Origin: Sphagnum compactum
Taxonomy: Eukaryota
DNA length: 64,000 nucleotides
NCBI GenBank assembly: GCA_965153455.1
Contig: OZ234493.1
Location: 3,410,001-3,474,000 of the forward strand
Reading direction: 5' to 3'
The translations under genes and the position numbers were made by a program. The notes beneath the pieces were generated by a model that worked only from the letters and a program-made list of their open reading frames with translations, had not been told where the DNA came from and did not search any database. Below are positions 12,714 through 25,480 of the stretch, one piece after another (the stretch's first letter is position 1; each line of letters begins with the position of its first letter).

Positions 12714-13344
12714 AGGTGAAAGCACATTAAGGTGTAACACTTTTAGGCACATGTGGAAGTTCATAATTGCATAAATTAACATTATGAAGGTAATGTGAAG
12801 GTAGGATACCTTGAATCACACAAGTCATTTTACAAGTTATCATTGAAAATTTATTATAAAAACATTTCAACCCTAGTTTACCTTATGGAGAACTTAAATT
12901 TGAACTATGAGCTTCTAAACTATTACTTTCATTAAATAAAGGATTTAATAATAAAAAATCATAATTCAAGGTACATAGAAAATTTTGATCATCAATTTTT
13001 TTTTCCAAAAAGTCCTTTTTGATATCATTGTTATCACATCATATTACCATTGAGTCCTTTACTCATTAAAAAACAATATATGAAAGTGCCTAGAGTCCAT
13101 ACTCATTAATTATGGATTGTTACAAGTTTTTGGGTACTCTTTTGAAAGTCCGTTATGTTATGGCTATTCAAAAACTATCCATGAAACTCATAAAATATGA
13201 TTATATTACATATAACATTTTAATGTCGAGTCTTTTTTCATTTTAATTGATTATATTTAATCACATGGCTAATTACAAACATCAAAATCTTGCAAAAACT
13301 GCCTTGTGACAACATTTTATGAACAATGTAGTGTGCTTTCACTC
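12714..13344. mobile_element. MITE, GGGTGAAAGCACACTA-type TIR family
   Basis: Left end AGGTGAAAGCACATTA, right end TAGTGTGCTTTCACTC. Interior homologous along its length to 36239-36868. Confidence 0.7.
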
Positions 13345-14167
13345 TAGTTATGTCACCCTAAGTTCTTTCTTATGCATGGCATTTCCAATGTTTTGTTCAA
13401 ATACTAATTTATCTAACCTTGGTACTTTGAAAGGACCAAATGCTTTGAATTGTTTCCATGGGCTGAAACAAATCTAGTGACTAATTCTAATGAAATATTG
13501 AGTGGTTCATGTAGGTGTTGGTAAAGAACCTTATAGAGGAGAATGTGCTTCCCAAAAGTTCTAAGAGGTTTTAAGTCTTTTTCTTTTTTTTTTGCGTTGC
13601 AACAACCATGAAAAATGGAGTGATTAGCTCCCAACAACTACATATGATTGTGTACATTCCAATTTGATTTTACTAGTGTATTATTTTCTATGTGTTTTTT
13701 AGACCTCATGATTGGTTGAAACTTTTTCCACCACCTCATTTTCGGCCGCGACAGTTACAGGCCTAGTTACCCTAATTCTTTACCTGTTCTCTCATGAAAA
13801 TCACTGGTGCTTTGAGGTTTTTGAAATAAGTATATCTGACAGTTATTTGATTCTGATCTGTTCTTGGAAAATAAAATCAAAACGGCTAGTTCCCTAATTC
13901 CAAAATATAAAAAAAACTGAAACGGAAAGTTACGGTAGTAGCAAAATTAAATACCCGCCCACGTCATTACACATTTAAAAAGAAAATTGGGGTAAGGACG
14001 AGGGAAAGTCATAAACTTCAATTTTCAGGAAAATGCTGTAGAAAGCAACAGTAGTAGTTGCTACGTGGAAGTGGGATCCTGGGTGGGGTCGAGTGTCCAA
14101 ATCCAGACGGCGCGGCAGGTGGCTGTGTGAGGCGGTGCCGGATGGAATGTTCATATAGAGACTTATG

Positions 14168-14367
14168 TAAGTACAAGACGGGGATTCTGTCGGCAAGAAA
14201 GTGCAATCTTGTAACTTATTCCTCAAGACTCCCGAATGCCGCATGTTCATGCTCGTTTTTGTGGGGTGTGGGAGATTACCGTTGAGCTGAACACATTTAA
14301 GTACAAGGCGGGGATTCTGTCGGCAAGAAAGTCCAATCTTGTAACTTGTTCCTCAAGACTCCCGAAT
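14168..14367. repeat. 70-bp direct repeat pair (14168-14237 and 14298-14367) in a GC-rich block also present reversed at about 42580-42740
   Basis: taagtacaag.cggggattctgtcggcaagaaagt.caatcttgtaactt.ttcctcaagactcccgaat occurs twice with 3 mismatches. Confidence 0.8.
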
Positions 14368-16080
14368 TGGGGAGCGGGGGAGGGGGGCTGACCTTGACCT
14401 GATCCTGGGTACCTGGGCTCCAGTGTCCAAATCCAGTCGGAGCGGCGACGGGCTAGGAAACGCGGTACGATGTCTGGGCCCACTTTAAAAAGGATATCTT
14501 CGGTCTGTTTTCGTGGTGGTTTTTAGATATACAGTTGGTGTCGTTATATACCGAAACACTGTCAGTCAAAGGACTGGAATGCGTGGTCCCCAAATCTAAA
14601 GTGTGCCTAAATTTTTTTGTAGGACCTTTGAATTTTTACGGGCACATTCTATTCTTGAATATCACTCCTCTATGAACGAGGAAAAGTCTTACTGTAGCTA
14701 CTCAAGAATTTGAGGGAAATTATGCCAACTTATAGATTTAAGATCTTTCCAACTCTTAACTAGTAGGTGTAAGAACCCTCCTGTCTTACACCTTCTGATC
14801 TACCTCTGTTTAAGAGGTAGGTAAGGCCTGCAGATGGAGGGATTAGAATAATAAGGTGCCCGCCACTGACATCACCAAAATATGGCATCAACCTTAGGTG
14901 ATGGGTGCCTTACCATGTAATGATGTGTGAACCTTTGTTGTCCATATCAAATGGCCAAGATCCTACTCAAATTATGTTTATGATAATGTCATCATTTATG
15001 ATGGGGAAAGCCCACGAAAGGGGGGGGTAATCCCAAAATTTGGGGCCAAACTGTGCAACTGCGGAAGTCCTCATCTTAGGCCCTATATTTTGGGACTTCT
15101 CCCACTGTAGGCTTTTATCCTACTCGTGCGCAACTGATAGGAATAACTGTCAACATTAGTCAGATGGATTATAACTTAACTCTTTTCATTGGCGACATGG
15201 ATGAACTCATTAGATGTGATGGTGGACACGGAAGCCCCGACAGGATCTGTTTCGACAAATCTGTTCGGAAAGTCCATGATCCACCTAAATTTGTTGACGA
15301 TTTCGTATGAGCTTCCGGTAAATTTGGTCTGGGGACGTCGACAGAACAAGTTGCAAAAGTGAATTAGCGTTTACTCCATGTGGAGGTAAATGCTTGCAGC
15401 GATCCCCCACCCGCCAAAACAAACAATCCGACAACGGTAAATGCGTGTTTCTTGCGATGCAAGAATAGCAACACGCCGAGTAATTCATTCTAGCAGAACG
15501 AACGCTTGGAGATTTTTCTTTGGTTTGGCATGACTGGGAGCTTAGAGAGAATATATAAGAAACCGTTAGCTCCGCTAATTCTTCACTCAACAGTCCCTTC
15601 TCCATCAAAGGGCGCAGCATCGAGTGGGATATTCATCAGCTCAATCACAAAGTTGGATTTTTCCATATTCTTTTCGAATCAGCTCAATTAAGACATCATT
15701 CAACTGGATTGTCGTGAACCGAAGTCGTGCAATTACATCCTTTTCCGATTTCAACGATCAATTAGGAGTTTTCTCAGTGAAAACTTCGTTTCCAGCTTCT
15801 TCCAGCTCCTAGATCATATGTAAGTACTACAATTTGTCCCTGCAGAATTTCTATTTTTCCAAATTTTCATTTCCCCTTGGACTCAAGCTAGACCAATACA
15901 AGACTTCCAGCATATTCCCTCCCCATTCTAGATCTTGGTTTTCTTGGCTTTTTGGTGTGTGGATTCGATCCAGAGCTGCAGCTTTCATTTGGAGCTACCA
16001 GACTTCTCAGAGAGTGTCAAAGCCAGATTTCCTAAGGCTTGCAGAATTTGGTTTGTTGGATGACCGCAGACAACAACACA

Positions 16081-16444
16081 ATGACCTGGCCCGCGCTATC
16101 TAAGGTGGTGGATCCATACAAACCGCAAGAGTGTATCTGGAGGACAGGGGCAGGAATTACACACGAGCTTGTGCGGCAGGATGGCCCTCGAGAATCGCCA
16201 GTATGTCTATCTGGCTGACAACGAAGGAGACGGTGGATCGTCAAACTACAAACCTCCAAAGAGAACCCAGTTCCTCAAATCTTTTGGAGATGGCAAAGGA
16301 TCGCCATGGAATCCCCCACCTCCCCCTAGGGGCGCTATGTGTACAGGCAGCGCAACGAATATTTTGGGGTGGAGAGTTGATGGTGGTGGCTACGGAGATG
16401 GAGGTGGGAGTAAAATTAAACCTGGGAAGTGTGATATCTGGTGA
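16081..16444 (+). pseudogene. GDG-motif peptide precursor, copy 2, frameshifted
   Basis: Conserved ATG at 16081. A 2-nt deletion (tacaaaccgc vs tgcaataaccgc) gives a premature TGA at 16216-16218. The downstream frame still encodes all three motifs through ...KIKPGKCDIW*, with an in-frame ATG at 16181. TATATAA at 15552-15558. Confidence 0.65.
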
Positions 16445-19400
16445 CAATCATCAGTGGCAGCACCTCTGAATACATGAATTGCAGTACATGCTTAAGCTAG
16501 ATGGTTTTCTTGTTGCTGGAAAGAAAGCTCAGGACATTGAACCCAGTAAAACCTTTCTGGGTCTTTGTGCTTGAAGAATAGATAGCTTTAGGACATATTG
16601 AACACAAATTCTTTGTGGATTTTCCAAACCCATCATTCTTTTTAGCCATAGGAAGCAACCAAGCATGAAATAGTCATCAATTTATTTCAATTTGTACATA
16701 CATAGGCCATTTATTGTGCTCAATTTTTTCACCTGTGGTTAGCTACCCCAATCCCTTGTGTATCCCAGCAGACCATTGGGCCAGTTACAGAATAAGGGGG
16801 GAAGAAGGAAAAGAGAAACAAAGTAGTTAACAGCACCTGGAATTCCTATTCAGTTCACACATTTTGTGGAACTTAGCTTGTACATAGGAAGAATCTCTTG
16901 AATAAAGACCACGTGCGGTGCATGTACATATAACCAATATTGAGCTCCTTTACATGCCAGGCCTTTCTAAAGATTTGAGGTTGCATACATGAGGCCAATG
17001 CACCATGATCCACCTTTGGTTGTCTGCATTTCCAAGTGAGGAAGCCAGAAGCAATGAGTCTTGATATGAAGAAATAGCCATCCAGGTAGTCCAAGGTATG
17101 CATCAACTACTCGCATCCATGGCCAATACTGGAATCGTTGTTGGGGCGCAGGTCAAATTTTAGTAGTAATAAAAGTCCTCCTATCTGTTGGAACAACTTT
17201 GGCAATTTTATGATTGTGGAATACTAGGCTATAAGTCAGGAATTCTTGACATTCAAGTCTGAAGAGTACTCAGATGCCCCCATGTGGAAACCATGATATA
17301 CTGTCCATTCTGCTCAATTTCAATCAGAATGACATTTTAACTTCTACTAGAATGATGTGAGAAGTAAGCCAAACTGGGGATGAAATGAGAAGTCAAGATC
17401 TCAAAACGCTACAGCAGGAATTTTTTTAAAAAAATCTCAGCTAAATCAGTTGTCCGGGGATGAAACTAGTTTTCTCAGCTAAATTGGTCCTCAGGGGACC
17501 AAAGTAGATCCAGTTTGCCTCGAAACAAAAATTCCTAAATAAAACAATGGTGCCAATATCACTTAGAGAGTGTGATCAGGCTATTACCAGTCTGTCAAGT
17601 GTTGCCTGCGTTTAGGGTTTAGGATACATCCTCAATCCTAAACCAAGTAGAACATCTGGTTTCCTTCTGGACTTCGCTTTTTTTTTCAATCATTTGTTTA
17701 GTGTTTGGGTTGAGTTCAATGAAACTCACATGGGCTTGGATTAACTTTTGTACAGGAACTCTGAGGATGAAATCTGCACATACTACTTAACTAAACCCTA
17801 AAGCCTGGCAAATGGCGGGGATTTCCAAGCTTTCTTCAGTGACTCATTAGAAACTGGCCTCCAAATGCGGTTAACGAATTGGTTACTTTTCTCCTGGGTT
17901 ACTTTTTGCCGATGATCTTCCTTGGAACATTGTTAAGCAATGACTGGTTAGTATTGCAGGTAAGGAAAAGAAAGAAAACACTTGTATATACAAAAGGCAG
18001 GGATGGGAACCCATCCGCAAGAAGTACCAAGGCAAATAAAAGCCCAAGAACACATGTCATGAAAGACCATAACAATGAGGACACCACTAATACACTAATA
18101 AAATAGAAGACCGTAAACTAAAAACAAGTAATTTGTCACAAATCAGGTAATCATGGAGGCGCACTGACAGAGATGAGGAACGCCTCCCAAACGCAGTAGC
18201 ATGTTGCAAAATCACAATGGCCTGTGCACCTTAAGGTAAAGGATATTGAATTAGTATGATGATCACAGTACATCTCTTGAGATGTTTCCTAGGAGGGTTT
18301 TTTATTTGAATTTCGTGATGTATTCAAATTGGTGATCATCCACCAGAAGATTTAGCCAAATTTGGCTATAGATTAGGTAAGAAAATAATTGAAAAATTTA
18401 AGAATCCTTTACATATTTGGCTACATGCTAGAATCCAATATAGAAATCTAGCGGTTTTCAAAAAGTAATTGTTGAAATCTGGCTACTAGAAACAAAAGAA
18501 TACATATTTTCAGCCATTTTGGAAAACAATTAACCAACTACCTACATTTAGCTAGGAAAAAAATGTTGTTGACACGGGGTTGGGGGTGGGATTTTTTTTG
18601 TTCTCAATGTGTTCCCATGAATTTTCACTTTATTCTCATCAAATTCTCAACATGTTCCCAATAGCTCTTTACTTTGTCCCAATTCTTTGCCTTAAGTTCT
18701 ACTTTTGTAACCTATATAACCAACCTGAAGGAGGAGGTTACAACATATCTATTTTGGGATTATCCAGAGATTTTTTTATTTTTTTTATGGGCCAATCTGA
18801 GATGCCTATCAAAAAAGACAAAAAAATTGAACTTTGGGAGTCCTTGTAATTGATTATTAACCTAGTACTTAAGTTGGTTAGGCACCAATTAATTATTTTT
18901 TGGAATTGCCAAAAATTCTGAAGCTTGCCATGCAAAAAACCTACATGAAACTCTCAAGCACAATAGTTTCATTATTTAGTACAATATCTAATTTTCATTT
19001 TCATTTTTAATGTTGAACAATAAATAAATAAATATTAGGCACCTCAATGCCAAACCATCCTAAATATTATGGTATGAGTCACAATATACTGTCATTGGGT
19101 GATTCTCACTTTTTTTGAACTACCAAATGTGGTTTTCGTAAGGGTTTGAAAAACCTACTTGGTTTTTTTTTTAAAATTATATATGAGGACCCGGACAAAG
19201 TATCAAAGTTTTCATTCTATATCATTTCACCAGTTTTGTATGAATTTTCAATCACCAACCTTATGACGATCAAAAAATTTCAATCACCAATGTTTCGGCA
19301 ACTAAAAACATTTCGACCACCCATCTTTGTGGTGATCAAAACATTTCAATCGCCACAAAAAGGAGGCGTGTCATATGTTTTAAAAAAGCCCTTGATAAGA

Positions 19401-21021
19401 ACATATGACACAACCCCCTTTCTTGGTGACCGAAAAAATTTGATCACCATTTGACAATGGCAGTCTATCAGATGGTGACTGAATTCTTTTGGTCGCCATT
19501 TAACACACCTACACCATCAACTAGTGACTGAAATTTTTCGATCGCCATCAAATGGTGTGGGTGTGTTGGATGATGACCGAAAAAATTCGATCACCATTCA
19601 ACAATAGGGGTATGTTAGATGGCCATCGAATTTTTTAGTCCCCAAGTAAAAGGGCATGTCACATGTTTTTGAAAAGTCATTGATGAAGGCTTTTGAAAAA
19701 GATGCCACAAGCCAACCTTTTGTGGCAACTAAAAAATTTCGATTGTCACAATTACCATAGGGGGGTACCGAATTTTTTTTAATCACCATTCAAAACATCC
19801 CCACTATTGGATGGCGACTAAAATTTTTCAATCACCCAAGAGGGCATGGTAGGGATGATTTTTTTTTCAAAAATGATATTACATGGCCCCCCCTCCTTTC
19901 CACAATCAAAAAATTTTACTCGCCATCCAACATACCCCAATCATTAGATGCCAATTGATAAAGGTGGGGGCCTATGCTATGATTTTGGAAAAAATAATAA
20001 TTTCATGCTTCATTTTCCTTTCTAGGGAATCAAAGAATTTAGGTTGCCATTCGATGGTGTGGGTGTGTTAGATGGCGACTGAAACTTTTTGATTGCCACA
20101 AAGGGGTCCTAACCAAAAACATTTCAGTCATCCATCCTTATGGCGACTATAAATTTTTAGTCGCCAGAGGAGGTGACCAAAATGGGACAAGGTGTGGCAA
20201 TTGAAAATTTTTCGGGACCATCTTATTATCATTATTTTTCGGATGATGACTAAATTTTTTTCAGTTGCCACAAAAGGGGGTTGTAATATGTTTTGGGAAA
20301 ACTTTCGTCAAAAGGTTTTCAAAACATGTGGCATGCCCCCTTTTCTAGCGACTCAACCTGAAAAATTGTGGCGATTGAATGGTGACCATATTTTTTTAAG
20401 TCGCCCATCCTTGCGGGTGATTGAAACAAGCAAAAAGGGGTTTGTCATATTCCCCATTTTTAGTCTCCATCTGATGGCAACAATCGAATCTAATGGCAGC
20501 AATTGAACCCATTTTATTTGCCATCCAATAGCGGCAGTCGAATCTATTGGCAATCGAATCCATTTTGGTCGCCATCCGACGAGGCCAAGTGAAGTCAACT
20601 AGGGCTAGTGAATTCATGTGGCATTTCATGAAAACTCTTCATTTAGTTTTGTTTTTCCTTCCCATCATTTGTTTTTTTTTCTTTCCTTTGTTCTTTAGTC
20701 TTTTGTCCCCAATCCCCCCCCCCCTTTTTTTTTCTTTTTTTTTGGTATGTTCCTACCTTCTATTTTGTTTTCTTTCATCCCCCCTTTTCATTTTTAAATT
20801 ATTCTTCAGTTATTAGTCCCCCCCCTTTTGTTTTTTTCTTTTTTTTCTTTCGATTTCACCTTGTGTTTTTTTTCCTTTCTTGTTTTGTTCCCACCCCTTC
20901 ATTTTCCCTTTTTCTTCATCTTGCTCTTTCTTTTCTCCTCTGCTTAGTCTTGCCAATATTTTTCCCTTGTTCGTATTGCATTTTTTCCCTCTCTTTTTCA
21001 TTTTTTTCCTTGTCCCTTTGT

Positions 21022-21949
21022 TGTCGCAACCCTAGCGTTGAGCTCACAACCAAGGAAAGGGTTGTGGAGGTGCGGGCCAAGAGTGAAGCCCAGGAATCAC
21101 ATTTCATGCTCCCGAGAATGTACGAAAATGTGAGAAAATGAACCCACACACTTCCAAGTGGGCTCCCACTTTGGGGAGTTGGAGTCCTAATGGACTCTTG
21201 AACTTTCAAAGGGCATTTGCAGGAGCCAAAACTCATTGGATTGAAAACTTCTTTATACCATTAGAAAGCTCTTGAGACGTAGATGTCTAAAATGGGCTTG
21301 CATGACTCACTTGAGTGCTTAAAACATAAGTTATGGCCAAAAGAAGGGCCGAGAGTCAAATTGCCAATTTGACTCCCGACCATTAAAAATCGGGAATCGC
21401 CCTAATTTATTTGCATGCAGCTGTTGTGCCACATATCATTGGAAAGCTGTCAACAAGGGCTACAATTTGATTTAGATCTCACCTCAACCGAAGGCTTGCA
21501 CAAGGAGCTATGGGGCTTCAAATTTGCGGGAATCTGAATTTCAGTAATTTCGGTAATTTCGAGAATTTCAAGATGCCCAATTTGGGAGTCCCGGGACAAA
21601 AGGACATTTGGGTGCAGGCCCCCTGGCCAGACACAAAGAATACTATAAGGGGGAAGGTGGTGCCTTCCCCCAAATCCGGGCCGTGGTGAGTTTTGTGAAT
21701 TCATGTTTGCCCGTGGCTCATCCGTGCACCAAAAATGTTCCAACTACGCACTAACCAACTTGTTGTTTGGTTTGTGCAGGTTCATGTGAATAATTGACCC
21801 GCTTGTCACTCATCCTAGTCCCCATCCTGGAACTCCAGCAAGCCCCTTTACCCTCGAAGTGCTACGAGTTAGGACCAACTCGTTATCCTTCCATTGTTTT
21901 CACCTTTGGACTTGTAGTTGAGTCTATCAAGGAGTTTGAGAGTGCATCA
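21022..21949. mobile_element. Solo LTR (928 bp)
   Basis: TG...CA termini (TGTCGCAACC...GTGCATCA) with a perfect 5-bp TSD TTTGT (21017-21021 / 21950-21954). Absent at the equivalent site of the paralogous element near 2045. Confidence 0.85.
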
Positions 21950-22254
21950 TTTGTTCTTATTATCATTTCATGTCTTTCCCCCATGCTTTTTTGGGCGATC
22001 AAAAAAAATTCAGTCACCACCGCACACTTGGGGTGTATTGCCACAAGGTTTGGCAATTGAAAAAATTCAGTCCCCATACCTTGTGGCAACTGAAAATTAT
22101 TTCGATTATCGTACCCTATGCTGACCGAATTTTTTTGAAGTTACCACAATGTATGGTGATTGAATTTTTTCAATCACCACAAGGTTTATGGTGACTGAAA
22201 TGGGTTTAGTTTTAGTTGCCCATATGTTTGTTTCAAGCAATTTGAAAGTGCTTA

Positions 22255-22393
22255 CACTAGTAGAAAAACCCCATTTTTCGACTTGTCTTAGGTGACTAAA
22301 AATGTTTTTTGCGACTATTTTTTATCAAAAATAGTCGCAAACAAGACTTTTAATTGCCTAAAACAAGTCGAAAATGGGGTTTTTCTTACAGTG
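22255..22393. mobile_element. CACTA-type MITE (139 bp, almost fully palindromic)
   Basis: CACTAGTAGAAAAACCCCATTTT...AAAATGGGGTTTTTCTTACAGTG, 3-bp TSD TTA. Empty site at about 4047 in the paralogous copy. Confidence 0.85.
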
Positions 22394-23176
22394 TTATGAC
22401 CTAAGTTGACATTAAGTTGACCTAGGTTGACCCTATACTAATGTGATGTAGGGGTGCGTCTACATCCAGATGTGTCCATCACATTGTAATAGACACATGA
22501 ATGTGGTGACAACCCTATTCATAATTTTAAAAATATGGAATTCGAAATTTTAAAAAATTAATTCAAGTATTTTAAAAATTTTAAAATTGTCAAAAGTCTT
22601 TTATCACATGCAAATGGGGCGTAATGTGCATGACATACAAAACAAAGTTGTAGTTTATGATTTTTAAAAAAAATCCAAAATAGTTAGCATTTTTTGGTAT
22701 GATTCAAAAATATGATAAATTTTCAAGTTGAAATGCAAAATCTGCACACTTTGGAAGATTCATATTTATTCAACAATGATTAACACAAAACATGTGATCT
22801 ATTGGGCCAACTATAAGTATTTTAAATAACAAGTTGCAAAAGATTTCATCCAAAAACGCTTTCATATGAAACAATGAAAAATGACTAAAAAGGATTCAGA
22901 ATCCCTTTGGAAAGTAAACCCATTTGTACCTACACCCAAAGGGAGGTATATAACATACACCTTTTTACGAAAGACATCATGGAAATCCATAAAGTTTTGA
23001 CATTCCAAAATAGTTTGTTGCCTTTAATGTAGATTGGGTTAGCAAGTTTTTTGAATTCCAGTAACCCTTTCAAGTTATGAACAAATAATGCATACAAATT
23101 TTGCAACAAATATTCAGGTCAATGCATTAGATCTACAAACATAGCCAAATTAGTTTTGTGCAAAAGGCCAAAACAA

Positions 23177-24613
23177 TCCTTGGGTGGTACCACTAGGAAC
23201 ATCACATTTTGATTTTCTTAGACCCATTGGGCTTTGAAAATCATAAGAAACACTTAAATACATATTTCATAAACTTTTCTTATTGAGTACATTTATTAGG
23301 TTCCATAGATTTAAAATTTTCAATAATATCAAAAATATTGTGTATTTTGATTTTCCTAACCATTGCATTTAGAAAATGTTTCAAGAATGTAACATTGATT
23401 CCTTGAACTTTTTGGTCAAGAATATAAATTTGAAACATGATTTGGGTATTTTTTGGGGAATTTTTTTCTTAAATAATTTGGAAGTCATTTTATTTTTAGG
23501 TTTCTATTAGGGAATGAATTGAGTAAATATAATTTAGTTATGATTTTTCAAAGTTAGGGTGAAAGCACATTAAGCCCCCCTAAAATTGTAGTCATATGTA
23601 TAATTTTTCTGTCATTAGTTTTTTTTATAATGTACAAACATCACATCTTGGACTATTTTTACTTGTTTAAAGTTTATTTGATTAGTTTTAGAATTCATTT
23701 AATCAATTATTTTGAAAAATTCAACAAACATTGAAAAATTTGAACGTATGTAATATATTAATGACAGAATAATATTCCTCACACAGTTTGAAAATTTGAA
23801 TATATACTTCAAAATTAGGGTTGTGGATGGAGTTTTCAGGTGCAATTTTTTATGGGTTATGATATTGATATACATCAATTAAATCTAAGACAATTTAAAA
23901 AATTTAAAGTTTTTGGATGAAATTTCACTCAAAACTTTGTTGTTTTGCATTTATTTAACAATGAATACATAATAATATCATTTTTTAAAGAAAAAACCAC
24001 CACCATATCAAATAGGAAGAGATTTTATAAATGGGCATTGCATTATGTTTTTCAATTTTCTATTGTTTGGTGATGTTTCATGAATCATAAGCAAGAGGCG
24101 TTATGGTTGTTGAAAAACTATAACTTATATACTTTGTGTACATTGATTTTATCCAATCCTCCTCATCTAACCATTGGATCAAAATTAATTTTGACTCAAA
24201 ATGAACCTTGAATTTGAAAATGTTATTGTGCAAATTCTAAATTTTTTTACTTATGTGTAGGATAACTAAAGGATGTCATCAAGATTTTAGTTTATTGCGT
24301 ACTATAATACTTCCTATACATCATTTTTTTTGATCAAAAGTGGTTCACCCTTAGTGTGCTTTCATTCGTTAAGGCTATCAATTTTTAAAGGGGCCATTTT
24401 AGTTAGGAATAAAATTGTTTAATAATTTCTAATATTTTTAATTCCAAAATAAATTTCAAGCCATATATTAGTGCATGCAATTGATAAACATGAGAAAAAA
24501 GAAAAATTTATAGTTGTGAAAACATTTAAAGTAAACATCTCAAAAAAATGATTTGGTTGTTTTTGGTTTTTAAACCATTCCTTGAGGTGGTTCCTAGTGG
24601 TACCACCCAAAGA
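23177..24613. mobile_element. TIR element (TCCTTGGGTGGTACCACTAGGAAC family) with a nested MITE
   Basis: 24-bp TIRs at both ends. Related copy without the nested insert at 55251-55866. Confidence 0.75.
23557..24367. mobile_element. Nested MITE, GGGTGAAAGCACA-type TIR, 4-bp TSD
   Basis: GGGTGAAAGCACATTAAG...CTTAGTGTGCTTTCATTC flanked by GTTA on both sides. Empty site visible at about 55620-55632. Confidence 0.7.
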
Positions 24614-24619
24614 TGCTTT

Positions 24620-25480
24620 CACCCAAAATGAACTCCTTAAAAAAAAAGGGAACCTTTTTTTTTAAATTACAATGTAACATTGGTTTGATTGCCTTAAAAG
24701 ATGTTGTTGCCATTGCACACATATTGACCATCTTTCCTCCCAAATCCTTGAACCTTAACCCACCAAAGTCCTACAAAGACTTAACCATCAAAAAAATATA
24801 TATTGTTAGATGTGGAAGACATACCAATTGTCTCAATGCAAAAGAGGATGGGAAACCTCTTCCATTCTTAAACCACATATAAATGGATGGAGATCCATTG
24901 AGTGCTGTCCATTTTTGTAACTTCATATGCACTAATGGCAATGAAAGTGGCAATAAAGAATATAGCTTTGGTAGTTTCCAACAAAACAATATGCATGATT
25001 TTCACAATGCACCAACCTAGCGTATCAAACCAAGGTTTTTTGGACACATTTTTTACTTTCAACATTTAGAACAAGGCTTGGAAGCCTTCGTAATTGTTCA
25101 TGGCCTACAAATGGCTAGAATGTGATAGCTTGTGGTAAATTACACATATTTCCATTTATACTAAAAAAGGACATCAATCTAGAGTTGATCCATGATGGAA
25201 GGGTGGGAATTAACAATGTATACATGTTCCATTTTCATATATGCATTGAATTCTTGTTGAAATAGTATGAGCTAGCATCAATGTGCTCGACTAAAACACC
25301 AAACATTTTTTGAAGTCTAACATGTTTCAACAAGTTGTTTAACTTGGAGTTAAAAATTTTTCTTTTCATTCAATAGATCTACAAATTTTACATTGGATTT
25401 GGTGCACTATAACCTTTTCATTGATCAAAATATAATGAATTATCCAAGCATCTTGAAATTTCCTTGACCCATCACATAAT
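24620..25480 (-). mobile_element. Decayed hAT-type (ZNF862/DUF4371-like) transposase fragment
   Basis: Minus strand reads KKPWFDTLGWCIVKIMHIVLLETTKAIFFIATFIAISAYEVTKMDSTQWISIHLYVV*EWERFPILF, resembling the SxDEVTxxDxxxWISIHxYVV region around the first catalytic Asp. Boundaries are approximate. Confidence 0.5.

Larger units (their letters stand above)
19243..22517. mobile_element. Second, 5'-truncated copy of the non-autonomous hAT element, with an internal inversion and two nested insertions
   Basis: 19243-22038 is the reverse complement of about 3830-1961, minus the solo LTR. 22039-22517 is direct to 3833-4167 and ends in a perfect TIR TGACAACCCTA followed by TTCATAAT. Confidence 0.75.

Noticed and set aside
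15624-15812. Conserved-peptide uORF in the 5' leader
   Set aside because: No AUG, and the frame contains TAG in copies 1, 3, 5 and 6.
16385-16402. GYGD as a potassium-channel filter motif
   Set aside because: Present in one copy only; no transmembrane segments.
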